In this document: one piece after another, positions 28,444 to 38,435 of the stretch
Numbering within the stretch: position 1 is the stretch's first letter
How the letters are laid out: the number at the start of each line of letters is the position of its first letter
Source of the DNA: Phycisphaeraceae bacterium
Lineage (GTDB): Bacteria; Planctomycetota; Phycisphaerae; Phycisphaerales; Phycisphaeraceae
Length of the DNA stretch: 64,000 nt
NCBI GenBank assembly: GCA_963674705.1
Contig: OY771506.1
Span: 928,001 to 992,000, forward strand
Reading direction: 5' to 3'
Notes under the pieces: model-generated
Databases searched by the model: none
The model's input: only the letters and a program-made list of their open reading frames with translations
What the model was told of the DNA's origin: nothing
Made by a program: the position numbers and the translations under genes

Positions 28444-29646
28444 TTATCCATGGGGCATTAATCGACCCAATCGACCCACGACTTCGGGGATCAATTCCAG
28501 CGCCCGGTCCATTGCCTGGTCGGTTGTTTCCCGGCCCAATGAGAAGCGGATCGAGCCGTGAGCCACAGCTTCGGGCACCCCCATCGCTAATAAAACCGGC
28601 GAAGGTTCGAGCGATCCGCTGGAACACGCTGCGCCGGCCGAGGCGCAGACGCCGCGTTCGCTGAGGCCCAGCAGGATCGCCTCGGCTTCAATGCCGGGAA
28701 AACCGATGTTGCTCGTGTTCCATAGCCGAAAAGCCGGGCTTTTATCCTGCGGAGCGTTGATGACGGCGCTTGGAATACGCTCAAGCAAGGAGGATTCGAA
28801 ACGGTCACGCAATGCTGTCAACGCGATTAATTGCTGGTCATCTATCAGAAATTTTGCGGCCAGCTCCGCTGCCACACCGAATCCGATGATCGCGGCGGTA
28901 TTTTCCGTGCCGCCTCGGCGCTGCAATTCCTGCGGGCCGCCGTGGATTTGCCGTTTTAATCGTAACCCGCGATGAACATATAGTGCCCCCACGCCTTTGG
29001 GGCCGTGAAACTTGTGGGCGGAGAGCGTTAATAAATCAACCTCGACCTTGCTGACATCGACGGGCATCTTGCCCACCATCTGGCAGGCATCGACGTGCAG
29101 GTAGATGCCATGGCGTGATGAAGTTTGTTCACGGGCTTGTTGCACGACTTGCACAATCTGCTCGATGGGCTGGATCGCGCCGGTTTCGTTATTCGCCCAT
29201 TGGATGCTGATGAGTATCGGCCCGGCCGCGTCTTGATATTCACGGATCGCATCAGCGACGGATTGCGGATTGATCACGCCACCATCAGCGATCGGGAGCC
29301 AGACGGTTTTACCTATCTTGCCAAACACCTCCGCCGGTTCGCGTACAGCCGAGTGTTCAAGCTTGCTGGTGATGAGCACAGCGTCGGCTGAATCCCCGAG
29401 GACGCCGCGGATCGCAAGGTTGTTGGACTCGGTCCCGCCGGAGGTGAAGACGATCTGCCGGGGATGTGCGTTGATCAGGGATGCGACCGAAGCACGGGCC
29501 AGCTCGACCTGCTGACGGGCAAGCTGGCCCTGGCGGTGGATGCTGGACGGATTGGCCCAGAACTGCTGCTGCGCCTGCTGCATGGCTTCGATGACCCGCG
29601 GATCGGGTCTGGTGGTGGCATTGTTGTCGAGGTAGACGAGGTCCAT
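28444..29646 (-). CDS. iscS: Cysteine desulfurase (IscS/NifS type I)
   Basis: YLDNNATT, ANPSS, FTSGGTESNN, SAHKFHGPKG (PLP Lys) and SAGAACSSG motifs. Confidence 0.9.
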   Translation of the reverse strand: MDLVYLDNNATTRPDPRVIEAMQQAQQQFWANPSSIHRQGQLARQQVELARASVASLINAHPRQIVFTSGGTESNNLAIRGVLGDSADAVLITSKLEHSAVREPAEVFGKIGKTVWLPIADGGVINPQSVADAIREYQDAAGPILISIQWANNETGAIQPIEQIVQVVQQAREQTSSRHGIYLHVDACQMVGKMPVDVSKVEVDLLTLSAHKFHGPKGVGALYVHRGLRLKRQIHGGPQELQRRGGTENTAAIIGFGVAAELAAKFLIDDQQLIALTALRDRFESSLLERIPSAVINAPQDKSPAFRLWNTSNIGFPGIEAEAILLGLSERGVCASAGAACSSGSLEPSPVLLAMGVPEAVAHGSIRFSLGRETTDQAMDRALELIPEVVGRLGRLMPHG

Positions 29647-29806
29647 GGGGGGATTTTAGGCGATTGGGGATTGGGGGTTAGGGATTGGGGTGTAGGGATT
29701 TTAATCGCTGATTTTTAATCGTTAATCGCTAATAGCCCCCTCCCTAAGCCGCGCGATAGCTGCGAAGCAGCTTTCCGCGGGTCTCTTCCAAGGGATCAGA
29801 AGGATT

Positions 29807-30415
29807 TCATTTCCTGCTTTTCTGCGATTCCTGCGTTTTCTGCTTTTCTTCAATCCCAGCCAGCCACGCATTCAGGACTCGGCGGCTTCTGAAGCGGATG
29901 CGTCGTTGGTGGGCGTGGTTGGGGTCGTTGAAAAGCTCGGTGTATCGGGTGCGGTTTGAGCGGTAAGTGCGCAGGGCCCAGAGGAGGATCGAATCGGTAG
30001 AGAACAGGGACAGGCGGAAGCTCTCGCGGTTGCCGTGCCAGAGTTCCTCCTGCGTCCAGGCCCGGCGGATCGTGCGCTTCAGAAGCTGGGGAAGCACGGT
30101 ACGCAACGGCAGGTCGAGCCAGATGAGCGTGTCGACGCGGTCCAGCACCAAGGCGTTCTTGGCTTTGGTAGCTGTGCCCAGGTTGCCATCGAAGGTCCAG
30201 GCTTCGCAACAGGTAGCCTCGTCATAGCCGGCGAGTTGCTCGTCAGACGACTTCAGCGTCCAGTTGGGCCCCCAGAGGATCGCATCACTACAGATGTAGG
30301 GGATCTCCAGCAGTTCGGCCAAGCGTTTGGCGACAAACGTCTTGCCGCTGCCGCACGTGCCGAGGACGGCGATCCGTTTGCCGGGTTTGGTCGGTGTATC
30401 GATGGCTTGTCTCAC
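29807..30415 (-). CDS. Adenylate-kinase-like P-loop protein (FlaR/topology modulation type)
   Basis: GTCGSGKT, WTFDGN, DTLIWLDLP and GNRES motifs. Confidence 0.85.
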   Translation of the reverse strand: MRQAIDTPTKPGKRIAVLGTCGSGKTFVAKRLAELLEIPYICSDAILWGPNWTLKSSDEQLAGYDEATCCEAWTFDGNLGTATKAKNALVLDRVDTLIWLDLPLRTVLPQLLKRTIRRAWTQEELWHGNRESFRLSLFSTDSILLWALRTYRSNRTRYTELFNDPNHAHQRRIRFRSRRVLNAWLAGIEEKQKTQESQKSRK

Positions 30416-30430
30416 AGCTATAACCTTGGT

Positions 30431-31006
30431 TTATTCGGCAGTCTCACGTCTGACAGAGGCGAGCCAGGTATTGACCTGCTTGCGTCGTGTCAGTCGCAAC
30501 TTTCTGATGCGTGCGTGTGCCGGATCATTAAACAGGGACTGATTGCGTTGCTTGCGGCTGGCGTAGCTTTTCATCGTCAGGATGAGGATAGATTCTCGGG
30601 AGAAAAAGGTCTTTCGCCAACTTTCCGTATTGTTGTGCCACATCGGCTCTTTGGTCCAAACGCGCTTGATCGACCGGCCTAAGGCTTGCGTAAAAACCCG
30701 CCAACGGGGTAGATCAAGCCAGATGATCGTGTCGGCACGTTGCAGGAATACGGGGCCTTTGTTGATCATCCCATCGATATTGCCATCGAAGGTCCAGGTT
30801 TCGGCACGGGTGGCTTTGTCATACTCAGCGAGTCGTTGCTCCAGCGGGGCCGTCGTCCAATCAGGCCCCCAATAAATCCAGTCATTGCTGATATAGGTCA
30901 CCCCCAGCAACTCAGCGAGCCTCTTGGCGACGTAGGTTTTGCCGCAGCCACTATTGCCAACAACGCAGATCCGTTTGCCGGGCTGGAATGTGCTGGGGTC
31001 AGACAT
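30431..31006 (-). CDS. Adenylate-kinase-like P-loop protein, tandem paralog
   Basis: GNSGCGKT, WTFDGN, ADTIIWLDLP and NNTES motifs. Confidence 0.85.
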   Translation of the reverse strand: MSDPSTFQPGKRICVVGNSGCGKTYVAKRLAELLGVTYISNDWIYWGPDWTTAPLEQRLAEYDKATRAETWTFDGNIDGMINKGPVFLQRADTIIWLDLPRWRVFTQALGRSIKRVWTKEPMWHNNTESWRKTFFSRESILILTMKSYASRKQRNQSLFNDPAHARIRKLRLTRRKQVNTWLASVRRETAE

Positions 31007-31035
31007 TTGACTTTGTGTTATACGGGAGAAAATAT

Positions 31036-31245
31036 CGCCCCGCAGGGGCGGCGGGTTGTAGCCACGGGTGGAGCGCAGCGGAACCCGTGGTGGTCGAGTC
31101 GTTTTATGTTGCCCACCCCGGAGGGGTGGAGGAAGTACTCACACTCCTTCGTCCCTGCCGGGGCGACTAAGATACAAAGCCCCCTTCTATCCACGGGTGG
31201 CGCTGCGCTCTACCCGTGGCTACATGCCGTGGCTCCTTTGGAGCC
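31036..31245. repeat. GTAG-type REP doublet (palindromic MITE-like element)
   Basis: 34-bp arms at 31057-31090 and 31191-31224 are inverted copies (31/34 match), with additional short GC hairpins. Confidence 0.8.
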
Positions 31246-31333
31246 CGAAACGGCAATCTCTGCTCCACAGTTTACCCGCTGGATTACGGGGCTATGATGT
31301 CGGACTTGACGCATTGTTATAGAAGGATCCGAC

Positions 31334-32629
31334 ATGGACTCATTTACGTATCGTGATGGCAGGCTCTTCTGTGAAGACGTGGCGGTGGATGACATCATGG
31401 CCAGGGTCGGTTCGCCGGTCTATATCTACTCTAAAGAGACATTTCTCCGGCATTACAAGGCGCTGACCGGCGCGTTTGCGGAGATCGACCCGATCATCTG
31501 CTACTCGATCAAGAGTTGCGGGAACCTGAACATCATCAAGCTGCTGGCTGAGCAAGGCAGCGGGATGGATGTGGTGTCGGGCGGCGAGATCTTCCGCGCG
31601 CAGCAGGCCGGGGCGGACATGAGCAAGGTCGTGTATGCGGGCGTCGGCAAGACGGACGCGGAGATCGAGCTTGGCATCAATGCGGGGATCGGCTGGTTCA
31701 ACATCGAATCGGAAGCCGAGTTCGAGAACATCGCTGCGATCGCGAAGCGTCTGGGCAAGAAGGCGAACGGCGCGCTGCGCGTGAATCCTGATGTGTACGA
31801 TGCGAAGACGCACGCCAAGACAACGACGGGCAAGAAGGAAACGAAGTTCGGCGTGGACATCGAACGCGCCAAGCGGTTCTTCCAGTCGTACGGCCACAAC
31901 GAACACTGCCGACTGACCGCGATTCACCTGCACATCGGTTCGCCGATCTATTCGCCCGATCCTTACGTGCAGGCGATCACCAAGGCGATCGAGCTGATCG
32001 ACGGTTTGCGCGCAGAAGGTTATACCGTGGATACGCTGGATATCGGCGGCGGTTACGCTGCGGATTACGAATCGGGCAAGAGTCCGGCGTACACCTCCTA
32101 TGCCGAGGCGATCATCCCGCTTGTTAAGGATAAGGGGTTGAAGGTCATCATCGAGCCGGGCCGAACGATCGCGGGCAACTCGGGCGTGCTGGCGTGTCAG
32201 GTGCAGTACATCAAGACCGGCGGGAGCAAGACATTTGCGATCGTGGATACGGGGATGCACCACCTGATCCGGCCGTCGTTCTACGAAGGGTTCCACTTCG
32301 CCTGGCCGACACAGGTCGCGAAGGAATACGAGCCGAAGAAGCGAGCGATGGAGATGGATATGCCGGGCCTGCAGGCGTACGACGTGGTCGGGCCGATCTG
32401 CGAAACATCCGACACGCTGGCGAAGGACCGGAAGCTGCCGCCCTTGAAGCGTGGCGACGGTTTGTGCTTCTTTACGGCCGGGGCGTACGGGATGGTGATG
32501 GCGAGCAACTACAATGCCATGCCGCGTCCGGCGGAGATCCTGGTCGATGGGAGCGAAGCCACGGTCATCCGCCGACGGGAAACCTACGACGACCTGGTCG
32601 AGCAGGAACGGGACGTGGTTAGGGTATAG
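31334..32629 (+). CDS. lysA: Diaminopimelate decarboxylase
   Basis: YSIKS (PLP Lys), DVVSGGE, HLHIGS, DIGGG, EPGR, VVGPICE..D and AGAYG..MASNYN motifs. Confidence 0.96.
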   Translation: MDSFTYRDGRLFCEDVAVDDIMARVGSPVYIYSKETFLRHYKALTGAFAEIDPIICYSIKSCGNLNIIKLLAEQGSGMDVVSGGEIFRAQQAGADMSKVVYAGVGKTDAEIELGINAGIGWFNIESEAEFENIAAIAKRLGKKANGALRVNPDVYDAKTHAKTTTGKKETKFGVDIERAKRFFQSYGHNEHCRLTAIHLHIGSPIYSPDPYVQAITKAIELIDGLRAEGYTVDTLDIGGGYAADYESGKSPAYTSYAEAIIPLVKDKGLKVIIEPGRTIAGNSGVLACQVQYIKTGGSKTFAIVDTGMHHLIRPSFYEGFHFAWPTQVAKEYEPKKRAMEMDMPGLQAYDVVGPICETSDTLAKDRKLPPLKRGDGLCFFTAGAYGMVMASNYNAMPRPAEILVDGSEATVIRRRETYDDLVEQERDVVRV

Positions 32630-32772
32630 GGTGTGGGGAATTGTATTTATGATTTGGGATTGATGATTTGGGATTTGTGCTAATGGCTAACGGCTTTCCC
32701 TCCCCCCAACGCCGGTTCTGAGCGAAGCGAAGGGCCGGGTATCTTCTCGGGTATCGGGCGTCGGATATCGAG
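32617..32772 (+). repeat. Composite heptamer/REP intergenic module, copy 1
   Basis: GGGTRTA/GGGTGTG units, ATTGTATTTATGATTT.GGATTGATGATTT, GCTAATG units, the 32-bp REP and CGGGTAT units, in the same order as at 34641 and 40507. Confidence 0.85.
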
Positions 32773-32898
32773 TCCATTTTATTCCACCGACTCACCTGCT
32801 CGACCCCCTCCTGCTTTAATCCTGGGTGTCGGAAGGATTCTATTTCCAGTTTTTTACTCCCCTGCTTTCCTCCCCCTAACCGGTTACAATGCGTGACC

Positions 32899-34638
32899 AT
32901 GGCGCATTTAGAAGTTCATACCCGATCGGGCGTTAAACGCTGCAATCTTGCTGCCAACAAGGTTACGATCGGTCGGCACGCCAGTAATTCGGTCGCTATC
33001 GAAGACGACAAACTCATCAGCCGACACCACTGCCAGATCGAATGGTCGAACAACGGTTACGTGCTGCGCGATCTGGATTCGCGTAACGGCACGAAGATCG
33101 ACGGGCTGGATATCGTCTCGGTCGTGCTGCGCACGGGTACGGTGTTCCAGGTCGGGACCACGAGCGTAAAGTTCATTGATGATGGCCAGACGGTGCAGGT
33201 CGCTGCGAACCAGTTGCCGCATGCCGATCCGAGCAAACGGCGTGGCAGCCTGTCGGACACGATGGCGGACAGCATGGAAGCGATCGACATCGAGGTCGGC
33301 GAGCCGGTGATTCTCGACGAAAGCGAAGGACCGGTGCCCGGCAGCTACGGCATCGGTTCATTTACGGCACTGCTGAAGGTCGGCAAGGATGTGCCTTACG
33401 GGCTATCCAAGGTCGCGTTGATCAATGCACGCGGTCAGACGGTGCACAGCGCGGTCGGCGCGGAAAAACGCGGCGCGTCCAGTGCCGAGGCGCTGGACAT
33501 CATGCGGCTATTGTTGATGGGCTGTATCCGTTCGGGCGCATCGGATATCCACATGGAGCCGAAGCGTGAGGGCGGGCTGGTGCGTTTGCGCATCGACGGC
33601 GCGATGGTCGAGGTCTCGAAGGTGGATACCGAGACGTATCGCCGACTGTCGAGCCTGGTGAAAGTGCTTGGCGATATCGACATCGCGAAGCGCGGCATCG
33701 TGCAGGAGGGCCACTTCTCCGTGCAGGTGCCGGACAGGCGGATCGACTACCGCATCAGCTTTACGCCTTCGATGTTCGGGCAAAAGCTGGTTGTGCGTGT
33801 GCTGGACCCGAAGAACGCGCCGCAGCACCTGACCGATATGTACCTGCCGGACTGGATGTACACACGCATCCGCGATTTGACCCGGCAGAACACCGGCATG
33901 CTGCTGAACTGCGGGCCGACCGGCTCGGGCAAGACGACGACGCTGTACGCGGCGCTGCGTCAGATCGATTCAAACCAACGTAACGTGATCACGATCGAAG
34001 ACCCGGTCGAGTACGAGTTGGCGGGTGTGACGCAGATCCCGGTGGATGAAGATCAGGGGCAAAGCTTCCATCAGCTATTGCGTTCGTGCTTGCGGCAGGA
34101 CCCGGACATCATCGTGCTGGGCGAAATCCGCGACCGCGACACCGCAACCGCTGCGATGCAGGCGGCGAGTACCGGGCACCTTGTTTTGTCGACCGTGCAC
34201 GCGAAGGACACGATCGGCACGATCTTCCGTCTGATCGATCTTGGCGTTGAGCCTTACTTGATCGCTTCGACGCTGAACCTCGTGCTTGCCCAACGTCTTG
34301 CACGACTGCTTTGCGAGTACTGCAAGGTGCCCAAGCGCCCGACGCCCGAGCAGGTGATGCGTATGGGCCGAAGCACGACCGGGATCGAAACGGTCTACGC
34401 GCCCGGCGGCTGCGCCAAGTGCTTCGGCACGGGCTACCAGGGCAGGCAAGGTGTGTACGAATTACTGACCACCAACGACGCCCTGCGCGATGTCATCATG
34501 AAAACACCGGACATCGGCGCGATCCGCAAAGCCATCGACCTGACCATGTTCACCAGCCTCAAAGAAGCAGGCTACGACATGGTGATCCGCGGCGAGACGT
34601 CACTGGAAGAGATCGAGCGTGTGATCGGGATGGATTGA
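32899..34638 (+). CDS. FHA-domain-fused GspE/PulE/PilB-family assembly ATPase
   Basis: FHA motifs IGR, SRHH and DLDSRNGT; ATPase motifs ASDIHMEP, GPTGSGKTTT, EDPVEY, LRQDPD..GEIRD, TGHLV.ST.H and a CxxC..CxxC pair. Confidence 0.92.
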   Translation: MAHLEVHTRSGVKRCNLAANKVTIGRHASNSVAIEDDKLISRHHCQIEWSNNGYVLRDLDSRNGTKIDGLDIVSVVLRTGTVFQVGTTSVKFIDDGQTVQVAANQLPHADPSKRRGSLSDTMADSMEAIDIEVGEPVILDESEGPVPGSYGIGSFTALLKVGKDVPYGLSKVALINARGQTVHSAVGAEKRGASSAEALDIMRLLLMGCIRSGASDIHMEPKREGGLVRLRIDGAMVEVSKVDTETYRRLSSLVKVLGDIDIAKRGIVQEGHFSVQVPDRRIDYRISFTPSMFGQKLVVRVLDPKNAPQHLTDMYLPDWMYTRIRDLTRQNTGMLLNCGPTGSGKTTTLYAALRQIDSNQRNVITIEDPVEYELAGVTQIPVDEDQGQSFHQLLRSCLRQDPDIIVLGEIRDRDTATAAMQAASTGHLVLSTVHAKDTIGTIFRLIDLGVEPYLIASTLNLVLAQRLARLLCEYCKVPKRPTPEQVMRMGRSTTGIETVYAPGGCAKCFGTGYQGRQGVYELLTTNDALRDVIMKTPDIGAIRKAIDLTMFTSLKEAGYDMVIRGETSLEEIERVIGMD

Positions 34639-34640
34639 GA

Positions 34641-34900
34641 TGGGGTGTGGGGTGTGGGGTGTGGGGTGTGGGGTGTGGGGTGTGGGGTGTGGGGATTGTA
34701 TTTATGATTTTGGATTGATGATTTGAGATTTGTGCTAATGGCTAATCGCTAATCGCTAAAGGCTAATGGCTCTTCCCCCCCAACGCCGGTTCTGAGCGAA
34801 GCGAAGGGCCGGGTAGTTTTCGGGTATCGGGTATCGGGTATCGGGTATCGGGTATCGGGTATCGGAAATTGTATTGCTAATGGCTAAAAGCTAACGGCTA
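34641..34900 (+). repeat. Composite heptamer/REP module, copy 2; interrupted by IS630 and continuing at 35944-35990
   Basis: (TGGGGTG)7, shared AT-rich core, REP at 34782, (CGGGTAT)6 and GCTAAYG units. Confidence 0.88.
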
Positions 34901-35941
34901 GAGCATCTTCCACGCCTCTGTAGCGCCCTTGTACACAAGTGATTATGCTGTGCCTTCAAGCAAGGAGGCTTTGATGAAGGCATACTCAATGGATCTGCGG
35001 AAGCGGGTGTTGGCGGCGTGTGATGCCGGGCACGGCACGCGTGAGGTGGCCAAGCGGTTCTCGGTCAGCGCCTCGTGGGTGCGTCGGCTCAAGCAACGGC
35101 GTCGTGAAGGCGAGGGGATCGCGCCGCGGCCTCAGGGCGGCGACTACGTCAGCCGGTTCGCCGGCAAAGACCTGCAGCGTGTACATGCGATGCTCAAGCA
35201 GAAGCCGGACACGACGCTGGATGCGTTGCGTGTGCGTTGCGAGCGTGAGCTGGGCATCCGTTGCGGGCTGGGCACGATGTGGCGGACGGTGCGTTGGAAG
35301 CTGGGGTGGACGTTTAAAAAAAGTCATTACGGCCCAGCGAGCAGGACCGCGCGGATGTGAAGCGTCAGCGTGTGAACTTCCGCATCGCCACGCGGTTCAT
35401 CGAGCCTAAGCAGCTTGTGTTCCTGGATGAATCGGGCGCGAGGACGAACATGACCCGCCTGCGGGGCTGGGCCGGACGCGGTTGCCGGCTGGACGCCGCG
35501 GCGCCGCACAGCCACTGGCGTACGACGACGATGCTCAGCGCGATCGGTTGTGAGGGTGTGATCCAACGGGCGACGCTGGCCTTCGACGGCGCGACGGATG
35601 CGGCGCTGTTCCGCGGCTACGTCGAGCGTTGCCTGGCCCCGGCGCTGAAGCAAGGCCAGATCGTGGTGATGGATAACCTGGCGTCGCACAAGGTGCGCGG
35701 GGTGCGTGAAGCGATCGAAGCGGCGGGCTGTGACCTGTGGTACTTACCGCCGTACTCACCGGACTTCAACCCGATCGAAAAGATGTGGAGCAAGGTCAAA
35801 GCCCTGCTGCGTGCCGCCGCCGCGCGGACCAGCGACAAACTGATTGAGGCGATCGGCCGGGCGTTGCGTGCGGTATCCCTGGACGAGTGCCGCAACTACT
35901 TCCGCAGCTGCGGGTATGCTACATGAGATTGGAAGACGCTC
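34901..35941 (+). mobile_element. IS630-family insertion sequence (~1041 bp) with TA target duplication
   Basis: Imperfect terminal IRs TAGAGCATCTTCCA..TGTAGC / TAGAGCGTCTTCCA..TGTAGC (20/26 including TA); TA at 34899-34900 and 35942-35943. Confidence 0.93.
34974..35926 (+). CDS. IS630 transposase, two ORFs joined by a -1 frame change at TTTAAAAAAAG (35313-35323)
   Basis: AAGGAGG RBS; MKAYSMDLRKRV HTH; -1 frame continues KSLRPSEQDRADV; DDE motifs VFLDESG, VVMDNLASH and PPYSPDFNPIE. Confidence 0.92.
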
Positions 35942-36001
35942 TAATGGCTTTTCCCACCCCACGCCCTACACCCCAAACCCCAAACCCTATATCATCCTCC
36001 C

Positions 36002-37039
36002 ATGGCCACCGAACGCATAGTCTCCGGCAAGACGCGCACGCCCGGCGAAGAGGCGCTGAATCTGTCGCTGCGCCCGACGCTGCTGGATGATTATGTGGGC
36101 CAGCCCAAGCTGGTAGAGAAGCTGCGGATCACCCTGGAGGCGGTCAAGCAGCGCAACGAACCGATGGAACACGTGCTGCTGCATGGGCCACCGGGATTGG
36201 GCAAGACGACGCTTGCGCATGTGATCGCCAATGAGATGGATGCGCACCTGACGGTAACGAGCGGGCCGGCACTGACAAAGCCGGGCGACCTGGTGGGATT
36301 TTTGACGAAACTCCAGCGTGGGGATGTCTTGTTTATTGATGAGGTGCACCGTATGCCGGTGTCGCTGGAGGAGTATCTCTATTCCGCGATGGAGGATTTT
36401 AAGATCGATGTGACGGTCGATCAGGGGATGCACGCCAAGACAATCACGCTGCCACTTCAGCCGTTCACATTGATCGGCGCGACGACGCGCGCGGGGTTGA
36501 TCTCCGGGCCCATGCGTTCGCGGTTCGGCTTGACGCATAACCTTGACTTCTACCCACAGGATGACTTATTGCAGATACTGCGGCGCAGCGCGGGCCTGCT
36601 GGATATGAATCCGACGAATGAACCTTTGCAGGCCATCGCCTCGCGCTCGCGCGGCACGCCACGTATCGCTAACCGACTGCTTCGGCGAATCCGCGACTAC
36701 TCACAGGTCAAACACAAAGGCAAACTCGATGCGGCTATCGTCGACGATGCGCTGAAACTCGAAGGCGTCGACGACCTGGGCCTCGATGAACTGGACCGCA
36801 AGTACCTGCGCGTCATCGCCGAAACCTACGAGGGCGGCCCCGTCGGCGTCGAAGCCATCGCGGCCACACTGGGTGAGGATTCGGGAACACTGGAAGAAGT
36901 CTGCGAGCCTTACCTGTTACAGATCGGCTTCCTGGCCCGCACACGCAAGGGCCGACAACTCACCAAGGCCGCGGCGGAACATCTGGGCATACAATTGGCT
37001 GTGCATGAAACAGACAACGATCTGTTTGAACAGACCTGA
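36002..37039 (+). CDS. ruvB: Holliday junction branch migration helicase RuvB
   Basis: LRP..LDDYVGQ, GPPGLGKTTLA, FIDEVHR, ATTRAG, RGTPRIANRLLRR and GGPVG motifs. Confidence 0.97.
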   Translation: MATERIVSGKTRTPGEEALNLSLRPTLLDDYVGQPKLVEKLRITLEAVKQRNEPMEHVLLHGPPGLGKTTLAHVIANEMDAHLTVTSGPALTKPGDLVGFLTKLQRGDVLFIDEVHRMPVSLEEYLYSAMEDFKIDVTVDQGMHAKTITLPLQPFTLIGATTRAGLISGPMRSRFGLTHNLDFYPQDDLLQILRRSAGLLDMNPTNEPLQAIASRSRGTPRIANRLLRRIRDYSQVKHKGKLDAAIVDDALKLEGVDDLGLDELDRKYLRVIAETYEGGPVGVEAIAATLGEDSGTLEEVCEPYLLQIGFLARTRKGRQLTKAAAEHLGIQLAVHETDNDLFEQT

Positions 37040-37061
37040 TACTCAAGATAAGGGCGGAAAA

Positions 37062-37772
37062 ATGAAATACAGGAAAATGCGTGCTGTCGTATGCCTGTTG
37101 GCGTTGCTTGTTTGCGCGGTGGCTGCGCCGGTCGCGCAGGCAGGGAAGTCGGACGGGCAGAAACTCGCGAAAGAGGTTGCTCGAGTGTACGGCCTGAAGC
37201 AGTGGGATAAGGTGGCGGAGGTGAAGTACACGTTTAGAGTAAAGACGGAGACGCGTGATGTGGCGCGGCACTGGACGTGGCGGCCTAAGGATGATCTGGT
37301 GACGCTCGAAGAAGAAGGCAAGCCGACCATCATGTATAAGCGCAGCGAACTCAATGAAAATACATCCGAGGATGTGATTACCGCGGACAAGCGGTTTATC
37401 AATGACAGCTACTGGTTCCTGTTCCCGTTCCAGTTGGTATGGTCGAACCCGTCGTTTACGGATGAGGGGATGACGAAGTTGCCGATGGGCGAGGGCGAGG
37501 GGCGGAAGCTGATCGTACAGTATCCGGACGAGGGTGGGTATACGCCGGGCGATGCGTATGACATTTATCTGGATGAGGACCACATGATCACGCACTGGGT
37601 CTTCCGCCGCGGCGGCGGCGATGAGGGCGGCGCGATGACGTGGGAAGCGAACAAGCAGCTCGGACCGATCAAGGTCTGTACGGACCATCACAATCCGGAG
37701 GGGACGTTCAGGTTGTTTTTTGATGGGATCAGTCTGACGACGGTGGATGGGAAGATGTACGAACCCGAGTGA
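37062..37772 (+). CDS. Secreted hypothetical protein
   Basis: Signal peptide from ATG 37062; FINDSYWFLFPFQL and GGYTPGDAYD motifs. Confidence 0.8.
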   Translation: MKYRKMRAVVCLLALLVCAVAAPVAQAGKSDGQKLAKEVARVYGLKQWDKVAEVKYTFRVKTETRDVARHWTWRPKDDLVTLEEEGKPTIMYKRSELNENTSEDVITADKRFINDSYWFLFPFQLVWSNPSFTDEGMTKLPMGEGEGRKLIVQYPDEGGYTPGDAYDIYLDEDHMITHWVFRRGGGDEGGAMTWEANKQLGPIKVCTDHHNPEGTFRLFFDGISLTTVDGKMYEPE

Positions 37773-37895
37773 TACGTTTTCAGGTGGCAATCAAAAAAAA
37801 GCCGCACGCGGAAGTGTGGGGGTTTTTGTTATGCCTGGTGTTGTGGTTGTGTTATGGGCGAGCAAGCTCGCTCGCTAAACGGGAGGAGTTGTGCC

Positions 37896-38417
37896 TTACT
37901 CACGAATATGTCGCGCCTCGTTGATCCATCGTTGATAGATGGGGCGTGCGCCGGGTGGGTATTGCGCGCAATCCAGTACTTCATTTACATCAACTAGTCG
38001 GCGGTCGGTTGTCTCGTGTTGTGATTCCCATGGCAAGAGGGTCACGTTTGCACACCACAGGGCGCGGACGAGTACGAGCCCCTGTTCGTGGCCTTGAACA
38101 CATTCACCTTGTACGAAACCCAATAGCGTTGCGTGTTCCAAACGCGCACATGCTTCCTCGTTGACTTCCCGTTCAAGTGTCGTCAGCCAGTCTTCATCGT
38201 CGATCGGTCGGCCGCCGGGAAAGCCCCATGTGTTGCCATGATCCGAACTCACGAGCACGATCTGATTGTCGGGCGTGAAACAAACGACTGCTGAGCCGTG
38301 GCGTTTGCCGTCGGGTGGACCTTCCTCGGGTGGATACCAGATAGCGATCCATTGCTGACCCGTATCGTTGAAACGGATGACTTGTTTATCTTGCGCGATG
38401 ATAGGTTTGCCACTCAA
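37896..38417 (-). CDS. NUDIX hydrolase
   Basis: Nudix box WGFPGGRPIDDEDWLTTLEREVNEEA. Confidence 0.85.
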   Translation of the reverse strand: MSGKPIIAQDKQVIRFNDTGQQWIAIWYPPEEGPPDGKRHGSAVVCFTPDNQIVLVSSDHGNTWGFPGGRPIDDEDWLTTLEREVNEEACARLEHATLLGFVQGECVQGHEQGLVLVRALWCANVTLLPWESQHETTDRRLVDVNEVLDCAQYPPGARPIYQRWINEARHIRE

Positions 38418-38435
38418 GATTTTTGCTCTTCACGA

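Noticed and set aside
34641..34900. Heptamer arrays as CRISPR or coding repeats
   Set aside because: Tandem units without unique spacers; the overlapping ORFs are repeat translations.
36786..37061. N-terminal extension of the 328-aa ORF
   Set aside because: Overlaps ruvB out of frame; the signal peptide begins at 37062.
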